Part shown: positions 50,967-59,437 of the stretch, piece by piece
Position numbering within the stretch: the stretch's first letter is position 1
How the letters are laid out: every line of letters begins with the position of its first letter
Virus record (IMG/VR): IMGVR_UViG_3300023179_000033
Location: 54,246 to 118,245 of that record
Length of the DNA: 64,000 nucleotides
DNA from: a virus
Strand: one strand, 5' to 3'
The notes under the pieces: generated by a model
What the model was told of the DNA's origin: nothing
Seen by the model: only the letters and a program-made list of their open reading frames with translations
The model's database searches: none
Translations under genes and position numbers: made by a program

Positions 50967-52057
50967 CCATTTAAAATCTCATCTTTAGATATACCTAATA
51001 TTTTGCATTTTAATTCATCCATTGTGGTAAGTCTATCAATTTCTTTTTCTACTACTTGTTTGCGCATCTCTGCCATTCTTAAAAGTTTTGCTCGACTCTC
51101 TTCTTCTTTCCACATTTGCACAAGGTTGATAATTGAGGCTGTTTCTTTTACTTGTTTGCTTAATCTTTCACTTCTTTTTACTTTAAGATCGTTAAGAAGT
51201 TTTTGTTGACGATTAACGCAGTCATTGTATTCTTTTCTGGCCGTATTACTTGCTTCAACTAATGCCATTGGAATTTTTCCATCTGCTTCCATTGAAATAT
51301 CAATTTGATTTTGTAATGCATTAATTGTTTGTTGAATATTTGATGAAATTACTACTTCTGTGGAGAGAACGATATATTGGTCAACTTCTTCCTGAGTTAA
51401 ATCACTTTTATCATATGTATAACGAACAAAACTGCTTTCAAAAAGTTCTCTATCTCTTTCATCATTATATAAATTAATCTGATGAATAAATCTGAAAGTA
51501 TTCATATAACCTATAAGTGAAGAGATATCTTTTTTATGTTTATGAGTTAATTTATTTTTGTCAACTCCATCCATAATATATCTGTTAATCTTTGCTATCA
51601 TCCTATCTTCGCTTTTTGGTGGACGATATTCATCTGTAGAAAGATTTTCATTTTCTTGATTATTATATTTTATATTTGTTGGTAGAGTTTTAATATATTC
51701 AAGAACACTTCTAGTTTCTTGAGATAGATTTGTCAATTCTTCGTTTTTAAATAAAATTTTTGCAATCTCTATGCCTGTCATAGTCGAACAGTTGTTACCA
51801 ATATATTCTTTTTGGTCAAGACTTAAATCTATTAATCCTTTGGCTTGATATTCATGACTTTTTCTTGGTTTAATTTGTCTTGATGCTAAAAATTCTTTAA
51901 CAGCTTTTCCTTCTTTACTTCTTCCATCTAGATCATCTCTATCAAAAGCTATTCTAACTAATTCAACTAGTGAAGGAGGATTATCTGGACGATTATTCCA
52001 TTCGGTTAAAAGTTTTAATTGTTGCGCTTCGGTTAAGATTGGTAAATTTTCACTCAT
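50963..52057 (-). CDS. Hypothetical protein (possible terminase small subunit)
   Basis: 364 aa with HTH-like segments and a C-terminal coiled coil, upstream of TerL. Function inferred from position only. Confidence 0.4.
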   Translation of the reverse strand: MSENLPILTEAQQLKLLTEWNNRPDNPPSLVELVRIAFDRDDLDGRSKEGKAVKEFLASRQIKPRKSHEYQAKGLIDLSLDQKEYIGNNCSTMTGIEIAKILFKNEELTNLSQETRSVLEYIKTLPTNIKYNNQENENLSTDEYRPPKSEDRMIAKINRYIMDGVDKNKLTHKHKKDISSLIGYMNTFRFIHQINLYNDERDRELFESSFVRYTYDKSDLTQEEVDQYIVLSTEVVISSNIQQTINALQNQIDISMEADGKIPMALVEASNTARKEYNDCVNRQQKLLNDLKVKRSERLSKQVKETASIINLVQMWKEEESRAKLLRMAEMRKQVVEKEIDRLTTMDELKCKILGISKDEILNG

Positions 52058-52058
52058 A

Positions 52059-52739
52059 TTAATATAAATCTATATCTCCATTATATAAATGTTTTTTAAC
52101 TTTAAAAATAATAATCTTTTTAATATTTTTGATTTGTTTATATCCAGCTATTCTATTCTTTTCACTAGTTCTATATCCCATAAGTTTCGCAGTTTGTTCT
52201 TCATCTTTACCTTCGATGTAAAGATATTGATAAACTTTCCATTCTATTGGTTTTAAGACTTTTTGCATTTTAATATGAATATTATTCGCTGTTTTCTCTA
52301 AATTAAAATGATCCATTGGCATATCATTAATTTCTTGAGAATGATTTTCAATGCTAAGAGTTAATTTTGTATCATGCGCGTTCTTTTTGCTTTTTTCCCA
52401 ATTTGCATATAGTGGACAAGCATTACATTGATTTGTGTAAATTGCACATCCATCTTCGCCTTCTGCAGCTGCACATTTAAGACATGGACGAGTAAAATTA
52501 CTATAATTATTTCTTATTAAATTTTTAATTTGATTACTAATGATACGATTAACCCAAGGAGCTAATGGTTTCTTGTGGTCATAAAGATGCCATTTCTTAT
52601 GAATATGGATTCTTAATATCTGTGCGACATCATGAAAATCCATCCAATTGATGGCAGTCAAATTCCACTTATTTTTTCTTTTAATTATCTCGGAATCTAT
52701 GACATCAATTAGGCTTTCAAAAGAAGGCTTTTTAGCCAT
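52059..52739 (-). CDS. Phage RNA polymerase sigma factor (sigma70/ECF-like) with Cys-rich insert
   Basis: Region 2-like DVAQILRIHIHKKWHLYD..WVNRIISNQIKNLIR; region 4-like LKPIEWKVY..EGKDEEQTAKLMG; insert PCLKC..C..QCNAC. Confidence 0.7.
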   Translation of the reverse strand: MAKKPSFESLIDVIDSEIIKRKNKWNLTAINWMDFHDVAQILRIHIHKKWHLYDHKKPLAPWVNRIISNQIKNLIRNNYSNFTRPCLKCAAAEGEDGCAIYTNQCNACPLYANWEKSKKNAHDTKLTLSIENHSQEINDMPMDHFNLEKTANNIHIKMQKVLKPIEWKVYQYLYIEGKDEEQTAKLMGYRTSEKNRIAGYKQIKNIKKIIIFKVKKHLYNGDIDLY

Positions 52740-53172
52740 CTCTTGACCCTCTAGATCTTCCTCTTATTGAGCCAGCTTCTTTCTTGAAATCTTCCAAGAA
52801 TTTTTTCCTCTGTTCTGCCATTTGACTTTTTGTTAATTTTTTACTTTCAATTCTTTCTTTTTTTGCGCTAGTTTTTGCGCTTCCAACAATATCGCCAATT
52901 TTAGTTTTTTGTTTTTGAACTTGAAATTGATCTATCTCAACATCTAATCTTCTAATTGACGGAACTTTGTTTACTGTGCTAATATCATCTTCGGGATCAT
53001 CAAAATCATCATCTACTTCAACATCTATTGGTTTAGTTGTTGTTGGTTTTTGATATAAAGATTTATTAACTACTGTATTATCAAAAGATTTGCCACAATT
53101 ACTACAAAATTTAGGTTTAGAAACTGAATAATTTGTAGGACTACCACATTCTGTACAATATATTTTAAGCAT
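52732..53172 (-). CDS. Zinc-ribbon protein
   Basis: YCTECG..KPKFCSNCGKSF. Confidence 0.7.
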   Translation of the reverse strand: MLKIYCTECGSPTNYSVSKPKFCSNCGKSFDNTVVNKSLYQKPTTTKPIDVEVDDDFDDPEDDISTVNKVPSIRRLDVEIDQFQVQKQKTKIGDIVGSAKTSAKKERIESKKLTKSQMAEQRKKFLEDFKKEAGSIRGRSRGSRDG

Positions 53173-53208
53173 AATACTAATTATACTTTAAATTAATTAA
53201 AAATTCAA

Positions 53209-53931
53209 TTATTTTAGTTGCTCAAATTTCTCAATAATATAAGCTAAAATATCATTTCGCATAATATCATCTGTGCCAAATTTAAATGTCATAATACCCT
53301 TATCTAAACTTTTCTTATCATCAAATAAATTATATATCTTTTCAAATCCACTATTTTTAATATCTGATTGACGAATATCTCCTATTAATATTAATTTACT
53401 AAATCTACCCATTCTAGTAGTAATTAATAAAAGATCATGTATGCTTAAGTTTTGAGCTTCGTCGCATATAATATAACTTGCATTAATGCTTAATCCTCGA
53501 AGAAATCCTACAGGTAATCCCTTTACTCTTTCCTCTTTTAATAATCTTTCTACTTGTCCTTTTGGTAATAATTCATGTAATTTATCCATTAATGGTTGTA
53601 AATATGGATCTAATTTACTATGTAGATCACCTTTGAGAAAGCCTAGATTATGAGTAGAACTTTCTACAGGGTTACGAATATAAAATATTTCGCCTATTTT
53701 CTTGCTATTAAGGGCTTGCAAAGCCGCATAAACTGAAAGTAAACTTTTTGCTGTTCCCGCTGGACCTTTACAGAATACTATTTTTGTTTCTTTATCTTGA
53801 AGTAATTGTATAAATTTCTTTTGATTATCTGTCCATTGTAATTCACGAATATCCAAGAAACCTTCAATTTTATCTCTTTGAGGAACAACTGGTGACTTAT
53901 CTTCTAACTTACGCTTATTTTTTTTAGACAT
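53209..53931 (-). CDS. phoH: PhoH-family ATPase
   Basis: GPAGTAKS, LGFLKG, FLRGLS, DEAQN, TRMG, GDIRQSD. Confidence 0.92.
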   Translation of the reverse strand: MSKKNKRKLEDKSPVVPQRDKIEGFLDIRELQWTDNQKKFIQLLQDKETKIVFCKGPAGTAKSLLSVYAALQALNSKKIGEIFYIRNPVESSTHNLGFLKGDLHSKLDPYLQPLMDKLHELLPKGQVERLLKEERVKGLPVGFLRGLSINASYIICDEAQNLSIHDLLLITTRMGRFSKLILIGDIRQSDIKNSGFEKIYNLFDDKKSLDKGIMTFKFGTDDIMRNDILAYIIEKFEQLK

Positions 53932-53949
53932 GCAACTTTACTATTAAAT

Positions 53950-53976
53950 TTACACCATATTTTTAATTTAGTGTAA
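53950..53976. promoter_or_regulatory. Back-to-back GTGTAA putative late promoters
   Basis: TTACAC at 53950-55 faces phoH; GTGTAA at 53971-76 lies 11 nt before GTG 53988. Confidence 0.6.
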
Positions 53977-53987
53977 ATAAATTAACT

Positions 53988-54626
53988 GTGGCATTTCTAA
54001 ACGCTAATATACCTCCAATTGAATGTTATGTAAGAGGAAATTATCTACGAAATCAAAAGGATAGTCATGAAAAATATTTTGCTTGTATTGTTTTTGGCGT
54101 TTCTTCTCTACCAAATAGATCTCCTTTATTTCATTTTATAATGCAAGATGGTGGGCTATGGTGGCGCGCACCAATTAGTGCTTTTTGTACAAAAGAAGGA
54201 GCTCAAGAAGAAGATCTTCATCAATTGGTTCTTTGGGATAGTTTTAGTTATCATATAGCTGTTACTCAATTTTACGCTTTAAAAAGTGCAAAAATTCAAT
54301 ATCTTGATCGCTCTGGAAATAAAAAACTTGGAAGATATCTTTTTACATTAGATTGGGCACATGCAGAATTTAATGAAACTAATTTTGGATATAGTGAAAC
54401 TCCTAATGAACATAAGTGCGGTCATGTTATAGAATTAGATAATGGTAATTACGCTATACAACCTAATAATAGAATAAAAGTTTTTGATGCTAGTTTCGTT
54501 ACAAAACCAAACGAAATTCTCATCGAAAGAAAAGTAAATGATCATCTTTATACTGTCGAAAATAGCCCCAAATGGCATACAGAAGATAGTGATAATTTTG
54601 ATTATAAAATAAAGGAAATAAAATGA
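53988..54626 (+). CDS. Conserved phage hypothetical protein
   Basis: MAFLNANIPP..LWDSFSY..YLFTLDW..EHKCGHVIELDNGNYAIQPNNR, a pattern recalled from aquatic phages. Confidence 0.75.
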   Translation: MAFLNANIPPIECYVRGNYLRNQKDSHEKYFACIVFGVSSLPNRSPLFHFIMQDGGLWWRAPISAFCTKEGAQEEDLHQLVLWDSFSYHIAVTQFYALKSAKIQYLDRSGNKKLGRYLFTLDWAHAEFNETNFGYSETPNEHKCGHVIELDNGNYAIQPNNRIKVFDASFVTKPNEILIERKVNDHLYTVENSPKWHTEDSDNFDYKIKEIK

Positions 54627-54907
54627 AGCAGGAAACATTCAAAATAACAAATAAAAATATATTAGAGGGTGAAAAGGCTAATCCTCAAAATTGCGCTATA
54701 GCAAGAGCTATCAAAAGTAAAATGAAGAAAAAGATTAAAAGTGTATCAGTATTACCAAGTCAAGTTATTCTTGAAATAGATAAAAAAATGTTTATTGCTG
54801 ATATGCCAAATATCGGAACTAATTTTATTAAAAGATTTGATCGTGGGCAAGCTGTTAACAGTTTTCAATTAAATTTAAAGTTTAAAAAAGGCTACGCTTT
54901 AGTTTAA
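54623..54907 (+). CDS. Hypothetical protein
   Basis: 94 aa, ATGA overlap; NCAIARAI motif. Confidence 0.65.
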   Translation: MKQETFKITNKNILEGEKANPQNCAIARAIKSKMKKKIKSVSVLPSQVILEIDKKMFIADMPNIGTNFIKRFDRGQAVNSFQLNLKFKKGYALV

Positions 54908-56020
54908 TCCGATAAAAAATTTCCCACCTGTTGAGCTAATAATTGATTTTAGCTGAGGGTTTGGTTGTTTATCCATGCTTTTTATATAAAGTTTAATATT
55001 TTTTTGTTTTAATATCTTTTCTAAAAGATCTAAGCCCTCATATGATTCTGGATCTTGTAAATCACAAAACCAATAGATAACATCTACATTTTCTCTAGAT
55101 AGATTTTTGAACGCAAATAAAGCGTATGAATCTGTTGTTATTTGACAGCCATGAGCATACATAATCTTTGCATTATCAAAATTTTTATAAATTTCTGTTT
55201 TTAATGAATCTAGATAAGGTTGCATACTTGGTGAATTATCTAGAATAACTCCAAGTCTTTCGGCTTGAATATTATTTCCTAGTATTTTTCCTTCTCTTAA
55301 TCCTTTGCCACCTTTTCCGTTTCCTGCACCGCGACCTGTTAAACCAGATCCTTCGCCATCTAAACCATATCCATCAATACCTGATATCTTACCTTCTGTG
55401 TATAGAATATTTTTGCCAGATTTAATCTTAACTTGTGATTCTTCTGTTTTAAAATCAATTTTCTTCTTAGATAATGAAGAAGTCAAAACTGGAGGTATAC
55501 TTAAAGCAATATTATCTACAGGAACATCTATTTTTTCATTAAATTCATTAATTCCAAACGAAACAGAACTATTAGAATCATTTTCTTGTGAATTTTCAAT
55601 AGATTGAGGTTCTTCGAAAGTAATATCGTCCATTGGCGCTGAATCTGCTATAGCTTTTTCTTCTATATCTTTCTGAGATATCTCTGTATATACCCAATTT
55701 TGATTATTTTTATTTTTTGGAAATACTATATAATTTGCAGAACACACTAATACTATAACATGAATAAAAGTAGCTATTAAGATATATTTATTGAATCTTT
55801 GGCACTTGCGGCTAAAATATAAGGCTTTGGCGCGGACAAATTTCGCTAATTTATTATAAGCATAAGATATACTGTCACTTATAAGATTAGGAGTTTCCTC
55901 TGTAATAGGGATTTTATTGTAATTTTTATTATAGTTTATATCATGTTCTTGATTAGAGAAGGCTTTGTATAGAAAGCTCAAGATATAACCAAATAGAGCT
56001 AAAACAAATATTGTTGCCAT
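54899..56020 (-). CDS. Membrane-anchored protein with Gly-rich linker and vWA-like C-terminal domain
   Basis: Two hydrophobic segments; MIDAS-like LGVILDNSPSM and VIYWFCD; STGGKF end. Confidence 0.6.
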   Translation of the reverse strand: MATIFVLALFGYILSFLYKAFSNQEHDINYNKNYNKIPITEETPNLISDSISYAYNKLAKFVRAKALYFSRKCQRFNKYILIATFIHVIVLVCSANYIVFPKNKNNQNWVYTEISQKDIEEKAIADSAPMDDITFEEPQSIENSQENDSNSSVSFGINEFNEKIDVPVDNIALSIPPVLTSSLSKKKIDFKTEESQVKIKSGKNILYTEGKISGIDGYGLDGEGSGLTGRGAGNGKGGKGLREGKILGNNIQAERLGVILDNSPSMQPYLDSLKTEIYKNFDNAKIMYAHGCQITTDSYALFAFKNLSRENVDVIYWFCDLQDPESYEGLDLLEKILKQKNIKLYIKSMDKQPNPQLKSIISSTGGKFFIGLN

Positions 56021-56309
56021 AGTATATACTTATACTATACCACAGATATATATAAAAAACAACTAAATCAAAAAGGGTTCTTAATAAAAATAGCCCCCCG
56101 GATTTTTTAGCCTTGAAGATATTTTGAATTTAAATTCTTTTATATAGATTTAGAAAAAGGGGGGGGTATAGGTAAGGATATATAGATAAATAGTATTATA
56201 TTATTGGGGAGAATGATGTTAATACCCCCACGATCCTATTATCGGTTTCGGAGGCTCACATTTTTCAAAAATGGGGGGTCATTTTTCCAAATAATTTTTG
56301 TAGGCTTCT

Positions 56310-56336
56310 GTAAGTCTTTGATAATCAATGAAATTT
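56310..56336. repeat. Single 27-bp palindromic site P1
   Basis: GTAAGTCTTTGA-TAA-TCAATGAAATTT. Confidence 0.7.
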
Positions 56337-56352
56337 AAATGCAAAAAATCCC

Positions 56353-56386
56353 TTGCAGAATCCCTAATCTGTGATAGATTAGCTCT
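56353..56386 (+). promoter_or_regulatory. Early leaderless promoter
   Basis: TTGCAG-N16(..TGA)-TAGATT-N6-ATG. Confidence 0.7.
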
Positions 56387-56542
56387 ATGAGAAAGAAATT
56401 AAGCAAATACGAACAACTGATCGCAAACCTCGACAAAGCGGCTCAAGACCTCAAGAATGCATCGGCTCACGCTGTGGCAACCCTTGAAGCTCACGCCAAG
56501 AAGATTGAGGAAATCAACCAGAAGTATGCAGAGACCAAATAA
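56387..56542 (+). CDS. Small coiled-coil protein (51 aa)
   Basis: MRKKLSKYEQLIANLDKAAQDLKNASAHAVATLEAHAKKIEEINQKYAETK, directly after the promoter. Confidence 0.7.
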   Translation: MRKKLSKYEQLIANLDKAAQDLKNASAHAVATLEAHAKKIEEINQKYAETK

Positions 56543-56613
56543 TGAACATCCTTGGCCTCACCATCATCTGCCTCATCATCGGTGTCATCGGTATGGCTAC
56601 CGCTAAAAATTAA
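56542..56613 (+). CDS. 23-aa hydrophobic peptide
   Basis: MNILGLTIICLIIGVIGMATAKN; TAATG coupling to the upstream gene. Confidence 0.5.
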   Translation: MNILGLTIICLIIGVIGMATAKN

Positions 56614-56616
56614 CGC

Positions 56617-56651
56617 TTGACGAAACACCAACCAAAGGACAATATAGACCT
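56617..56651 (+). promoter_or_regulatory. Early leaderless promoter
   Basis: TTGACG-N17-CAATAT-N6-ATG. Confidence 0.6.
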
Positions 56652-56759
56652 ATGAAACAAAACACTAACCTAATCGCTGAACTAATCGGAGCCGTTGGTC
56701 TTATCATCTACGGCTTCTGGATGATTGCAATCCTCGCAAAGAATACTTGCAACCTCTAA
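56652..56759 (+). CDS. 35-aa single-TM peptide
   Basis: MKQNTNLIAELIGAVGLIIYGFWMIAILAKNTCNL. Confidence 0.55.
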   Translation: MKQNTNLIAELIGAVGLIIYGFWMIAILAKNTCNL

Positions 56760-56782
56760 ACCAAAAGGATAATATAGACCAA
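56747..56782 (+). promoter_or_regulatory. Early leaderless promoter
   Basis: TTGCAA-N17-TAATAT-N7-ATG. Confidence 0.65.
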
Positions 56783-57202
56783 ATGAAAAACCAAATCACC
56801 ATCACAACTCAACCCTTCGGCAACACTACCGCTTTCCTCTTGGAAGGCGATAAGAAGCAAATCGAGACATTCCACAACGCTATGTATAACTACTCGGCAA
56901 CCAATGGCGAGTTGCACGATATGGGCAACGGCAAAGCGTTTTACTTCTACGCACAGCCCGAAGCTGTGCTGGAAGCTATGACCAAAGTGGCTCTCTATGC
57001 TCTATGCAATAAGATTAAAGCAAAGGGCTTGAAAGGTGGACTCCTTAACCTTGCAAAGCAAAAGGCACAGGCAAAGTTCGATGCGTTCAAAGAGGGACGC
57101 TTCCTTCGCACAGCTATCAGCACAGACACATTCAACCTCGGAAGCATCACCGCAGAGAAGCCTAGTGACTACTGCGGTGCTATCAGTAGCGGGAGAGACT
57201 AA
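56783..57202 (+). CDS. Hypothetical protein, paralog of 60172-60561
   Basis: Start ATG 56783; shares A(F/Y)LLE.D..F.NA.YN...TN..L.D.G.GKAFYFYA.PE. Confidence 0.75.
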   Translation: MKNQITITTQPFGNTTAFLLEGDKKQIETFHNAMYNYSATNGELHDMGNGKAFYFYAQPEAVLEAMTKVALYALCNKIKAKGLKGGLLNLAKQKAQAKFDAFKEGRFLRTAISTDTFNLGSITAEKPSDYCGAISSGRD

Positions 57203-57579
57203 TGACCGCAGAGATACTTGTCATAGCTTTGACGCTCCTTGGTGAAGCAAGGGGCGAAGGGATAGAAGGTATGGCGGGCGTTGCGTCTGTCATTCAGACA
57301 AGAGCCATCGAGCGAAAGCAAACGCCCACACAAGTCTGCCTTGCACCAAAGCAATTCAGCTTCTGGAATGGCGGAGTGAGTGAAGCACAGAAGCGTAAGT
57401 TGTTGGCTAATCCTCAAGCGAAGAACGCTCTGCATCTTGCAAAACTTGTAGCAGAGAAAAGAATGCCCGATGTTGTAAATGGTGCAAATCACTATCACAC
57501 TTTCCAAGTGTCGCCCAAGTGGTCAAAGGGTAAGCGGATAGTTGCAACAATTCGCAACCACAAGTTTTATCGTTTGTGA
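57202..57579 (+). CDS. Cell wall hydrolase, SleB/Hydrolase_2 family
   Basis: TLLGEARGEG..VASVI..QFSFWN..GANHYH..PKW..IRNHKFY. Confidence 0.88.
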   Translation: MTAEILVIALTLLGEARGEGIEGMAGVASVIQTRAIERKQTPTQVCLAPKQFSFWNGGVSEAQKRKLLANPQAKNALHLAKLVAEKRMPDVVNGANHYHTFQVSPKWSKGKRIVATIRNHKFYRL

Positions 57580-57583
57580 ATCT

Positions 57584-57660
57584 GTAAGTCGTTAAGCATC
57601 AACGAGTTACGACGGGGCGGCGGGCGTTCATCTGTAAGTCGTTGATAATCAACATCCTGA
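57584..57660 (+). repeat. 77-bp paired-palindrome element P2
   Basis: GTAAGTCGTTAA-GCA-TCAACGAGTTAC + 23 bp (gacggggcgGCGGgcgttcatct) + GTAAGTCGTTGA-TAA-TCAACATCCTGA. Confidence 0.85.
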
Positions 57661-57736
57661 TCTTGCAACAAAACCTGAACGAAAGCAAAAGATCCAAACC
57701 GATCTTTGGACAAAACCTGATGGAATGCAAAAGATC
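57659..57736. repeat. Two 36-bp direct repeats, each bounded by GATCTT...AAGATC
   Basis: 57659-57694 and 57701-57736; shared ACAAAACCTGA and GCAAAAGATC. Confidence 0.8.
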
Positions 57737-57812
57737 TAAATCATTCAACATCAATAAGTTACATAAGAAACCCTGCGCGCCTTCTGTAACTCGTTATCAA
57801 TCAATGAAATTT
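57736..57812 (-). repeat. 77-bp paired-palindrome element P3
   Basis: CTAAATCATTCA-ACA-TCAATAAGTTAC + 23 bp (ataagaaaccCTGCgcgccttct) + GTAACTCGTTAT-CAA-TCAATGAAATTT. Confidence 0.8.
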
Positions 57813-57827
57813 AAATGAAAAAATCTC

Positions 57828-57861
57828 TTGCTTTTTTTCTGCGTTGTGATAAATTAAATCT
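57828..57861 (+). promoter_or_regulatory. Early leaderless promoter
   Basis: TTGCTT-N16(..TGA)-TAAATT-N6-ATG. Confidence 0.65.
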
Positions 57862-57987
57862 ATGAAAGATAAAAACACAATCGAAAACAAAATCAAAATC
57901 ATAACCAATACAAATGCAGACCTCCAAGCTTCTATCGAAAGGCTTAAAAAACTTCTGGATGCAATCGTAATTAAGGAGATCAAATAA
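57862..57987 (+). CDS. 41-aa helical peptide
   Basis: MKDKNTIENKIKIITNTNADLQASIERLKKLLDAIVIKEIK; TAATG coupling to the next gene. Confidence 0.6.
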   Translation: MKDKNTIENKIKIITNTNADLQASIERLKKLLDAIVIKEIK

Positions 57988-58169
57988 TGAACTTAAATCA
58001 ATTCGAAGAATTACTGAAAAATCACGACTGGTCTTATGCTATGAGCGATGACTCTTACTACTATCGCAGAGGACAGCAACAATGGTTTGAAATCCGTGAT
58101 GCCATTGAAAAAAATGGTGAAGAGTTTCAGAAACTCTATGACCAATATAATTCCAAGTTTGGTGTTTGA
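57987..58169 (+). CDS. Hypothetical protein (HDW.Y..SDD motif)
   Basis: LKNHDWSYAMSDDSYYYRRG; SD AAGGAG upstream. Confidence 0.75.
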   Translation: MNLNQFEELLKNHDWSYAMSDDSYYYRRGQQQWFEIRDAIEKNGEEFQKLYDQYNSKFGV

Positions 58170-58200
58170 CAAAATCAACAAAAGGAGATAAAGTAAACCT
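58166..58200 (+). promoter_or_regulatory. Early leaderless promoter
   Basis: TTGACA-N17-TAAAGT-N6-ATG. Confidence 0.65.
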
Positions 58201-58317
58201 ATGAGAAACTACAAAAGCGAAGATCGTTTTATGGCGGTCTTTTTAACTGGCGTAATCGTTTACGGATTCGGGATGCTCTACTATGTGTCCTCGATCATCG
58301 GAGGAGTGGTTAAATGA
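58201..58317 (+). CDS. 38-aa single-TM peptide
   Basis: MRNYKSEDRFMAVFLTGVIVYGFGMLYYVSSIIGGVVK; ATGA coupling to the next gene. Confidence 0.6.
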   Translation: MRNYKSEDRFMAVFLTGVIVYGFGMLYYVSSIIGGVVK

Positions 58318-58688
58318 TTCGGGCTATCCTCATCGATCCATTCACCGAAACCGTGTCACAGGTAACTCTGGTGGACACTAAACTAAAAACCATCTACAAC
58401 TTGCTAGGTTGTGACCTCATCACCATCACCTCGGCTTTTGGTGCTGATATGGTTCTTGACGATGAGGGCTTGTTAAAAGATTCAACCTCTCAAAGATACT
58501 TCAAAATTGGAATTGATTCTCAACCTTACGCTGGCAAAGCGTTGTTGGTTGGTTCAGATGTCGAAGGAAACTTTGCATCTCTCGAAAAAAATATCACAAC
58601 TGAAAAAGTTTTTGAGAAAATAATCTTTTTCAAACCTTCAGAAAATCATCTCGAAGAATCCCGAGAAATAAAGTTCATTCCATTCTGA
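58314..58688 (+). CDS. DUF3846-like protein
   Basis: RAILIDP..IYNLLGCDLI..LDDEGLLK..PYAGKALLVG.D.EG. Confidence 0.7.
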   Translation: MIRAILIDPFTETVSQVTLVDTKLKTIYNLLGCDLITITSAFGADMVLDDEGLLKDSTSQRYFKIGIDSQPYAGKALLVGSDVEGNFASLEKNITTEKVFEKIIFFKPSENHLEESREIKFIPF

Positions 58689-58699
58689 ACTCTTCCTTT

Positions 58700-58776
58700 G
58701 TAAGTTGTTTAACATCAACGACTTACAAAAGCGCCCCTGCCGCGCATGCGTAACTCTTTGATACTCAACGCTTTAT
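58700..58776 (-). repeat. 77-bp paired-palindrome element P4
   Basis: GTAAGTTGTTTA-ACA-TCAACGACTTAC + 23 bp (aaaagcgcccCTGCcgcgcatgc) + GTAACTCTTTGA-TAC-TCAACGCTTTAT. Confidence 0.85.
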
Positions 58777-58840
58777 CTCATGATAAAATCTAATAACAAA
58801 ATAAGAAAATCTTCTACCTAAAAAAATCTAAAAAAATCAC

Positions 58841-58874
58841 TTGCAAAAATCCTAAAGTGTGATAGATTATAGGT
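58841..58874 (+). promoter_or_regulatory. Early leaderless promoter
   Basis: TTGCAA-N16(..TGA)-TAGATT-N6-ATG. Confidence 0.7.
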
Positions 58875-59045
58875 ATGAAAGATAAGTTAGAAAAACTAAA
58901 AAACCAAATCGAAAAAACCTCGATTGAACTCTCTGCTCTAGAGAAAAAAATTGAAGAATCTCACAAAGAAATTTTAAAAGCTTTGTCGCAACTCGTTGAT
59001 GGTCAACGAAATTTAAATGGAGAAAATAATTTGACTTTTCGCTGA
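58875..59045 (+). CDS. 56-aa coiled-coil peptide
   Basis: MKDKLEKLKNQIEKTSIELSALEKKIEESHKEILKALSQLVDGQRNLNGENNLTFR. Confidence 0.6.
   Translation: MKDKLEKLKNQIEKTSIELSALEKKIEESHKEILKALSQLVDGQRNLNGENNLTFR
58988..59014. repeat. Single 27-bp palindromic site P5
   Basis: GCAACTCGTTGA-TGG-TCAACGAAATTT, followed by AAATG as in P1 and P3. Confidence 0.7.
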
Positions 59046-59064
59046 AATGTGATAAATTAAAGGT
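59031..59064 (+). promoter_or_regulatory. Early leaderless promoter
   Basis: TTGACT-N16(..TGA)-TAAATT-N6-ATG (ATG of the 14-aa mini-ORF 59065-59109). Confidence 0.7.
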
Positions 59065-59105
59065 ATGAAAGATAAGAAAGAAAACAAGAAAGGTAATAAA
59101 AGAAA

Positions 59106-59375
59106 ATGAGTCATAGAATGATAAATTGGAACTATCAGCGTAGGCTGATGCGTGAAACGATGCGTAAGGCATCAAGCGAAGTAGATGCTTCTAAAGTCTA
59201 CCCGAAAACCGAAACCTTCTTCGGTGATGTTTACTCGTATGAAGGAGTTTTAGTAAAACTCGTTTACAAAACGACAGCAGAAACCGCTGTCGCTGAAATC
59301 CTCGAAGGTGAGGATAAAGGTAAGACCACAACGATCTACCTTAACAAAGCAAAATTCATTGAGAAAAAGTCATAA
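59106..59375 (+). CDS. Hypothetical protein (89 aa)
   Basis: Coupled by ATGA to the upstream mini-ORF; stop TAA lies within P6. Confidence 0.65.
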   Translation: MSHRMINWNYQRRLMRETMRKASSEVDASKVYPKTETFFGDVYSYEGVLVKLVYKTTAETAVAEILEGEDKGKTTTIYLNKAKFIEKKS

Positions 59376-59398
59376 GTCGTTGAGAATCAATGCAAAAT
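59372..59398. repeat. Single 27-bp palindromic site P6
   Basis: ATAAGTCGTTGA-GAA-TCAATGCAAAAT. Confidence 0.65.
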
Positions 59399-59403
59399 AA
59401 AAT

Positions 59404-59437
59404 TTGACAAAATCAAAAAATCTGATAGGATAAAAGT
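59404..59437 (+). promoter_or_regulatory. Early leaderless promoter
   Basis: TTGACA-N16(..TGA)-TAGGAT-N6-ATG. Confidence 0.75.

Noticed and set aside
6672-51209. Short plus-strand ORFs opposite structural genes (e.g. 34503-34946, 38343-38861, 21950-22231)
   Set aside because: Antisense shadows of long genes with biased codons and no expression signals.
58777-58840. AAAATC-rich short repeats before the promoter at 58841
   Set aside because: Low-complexity A-tracts consistent with an UP element; too weak to call separately.
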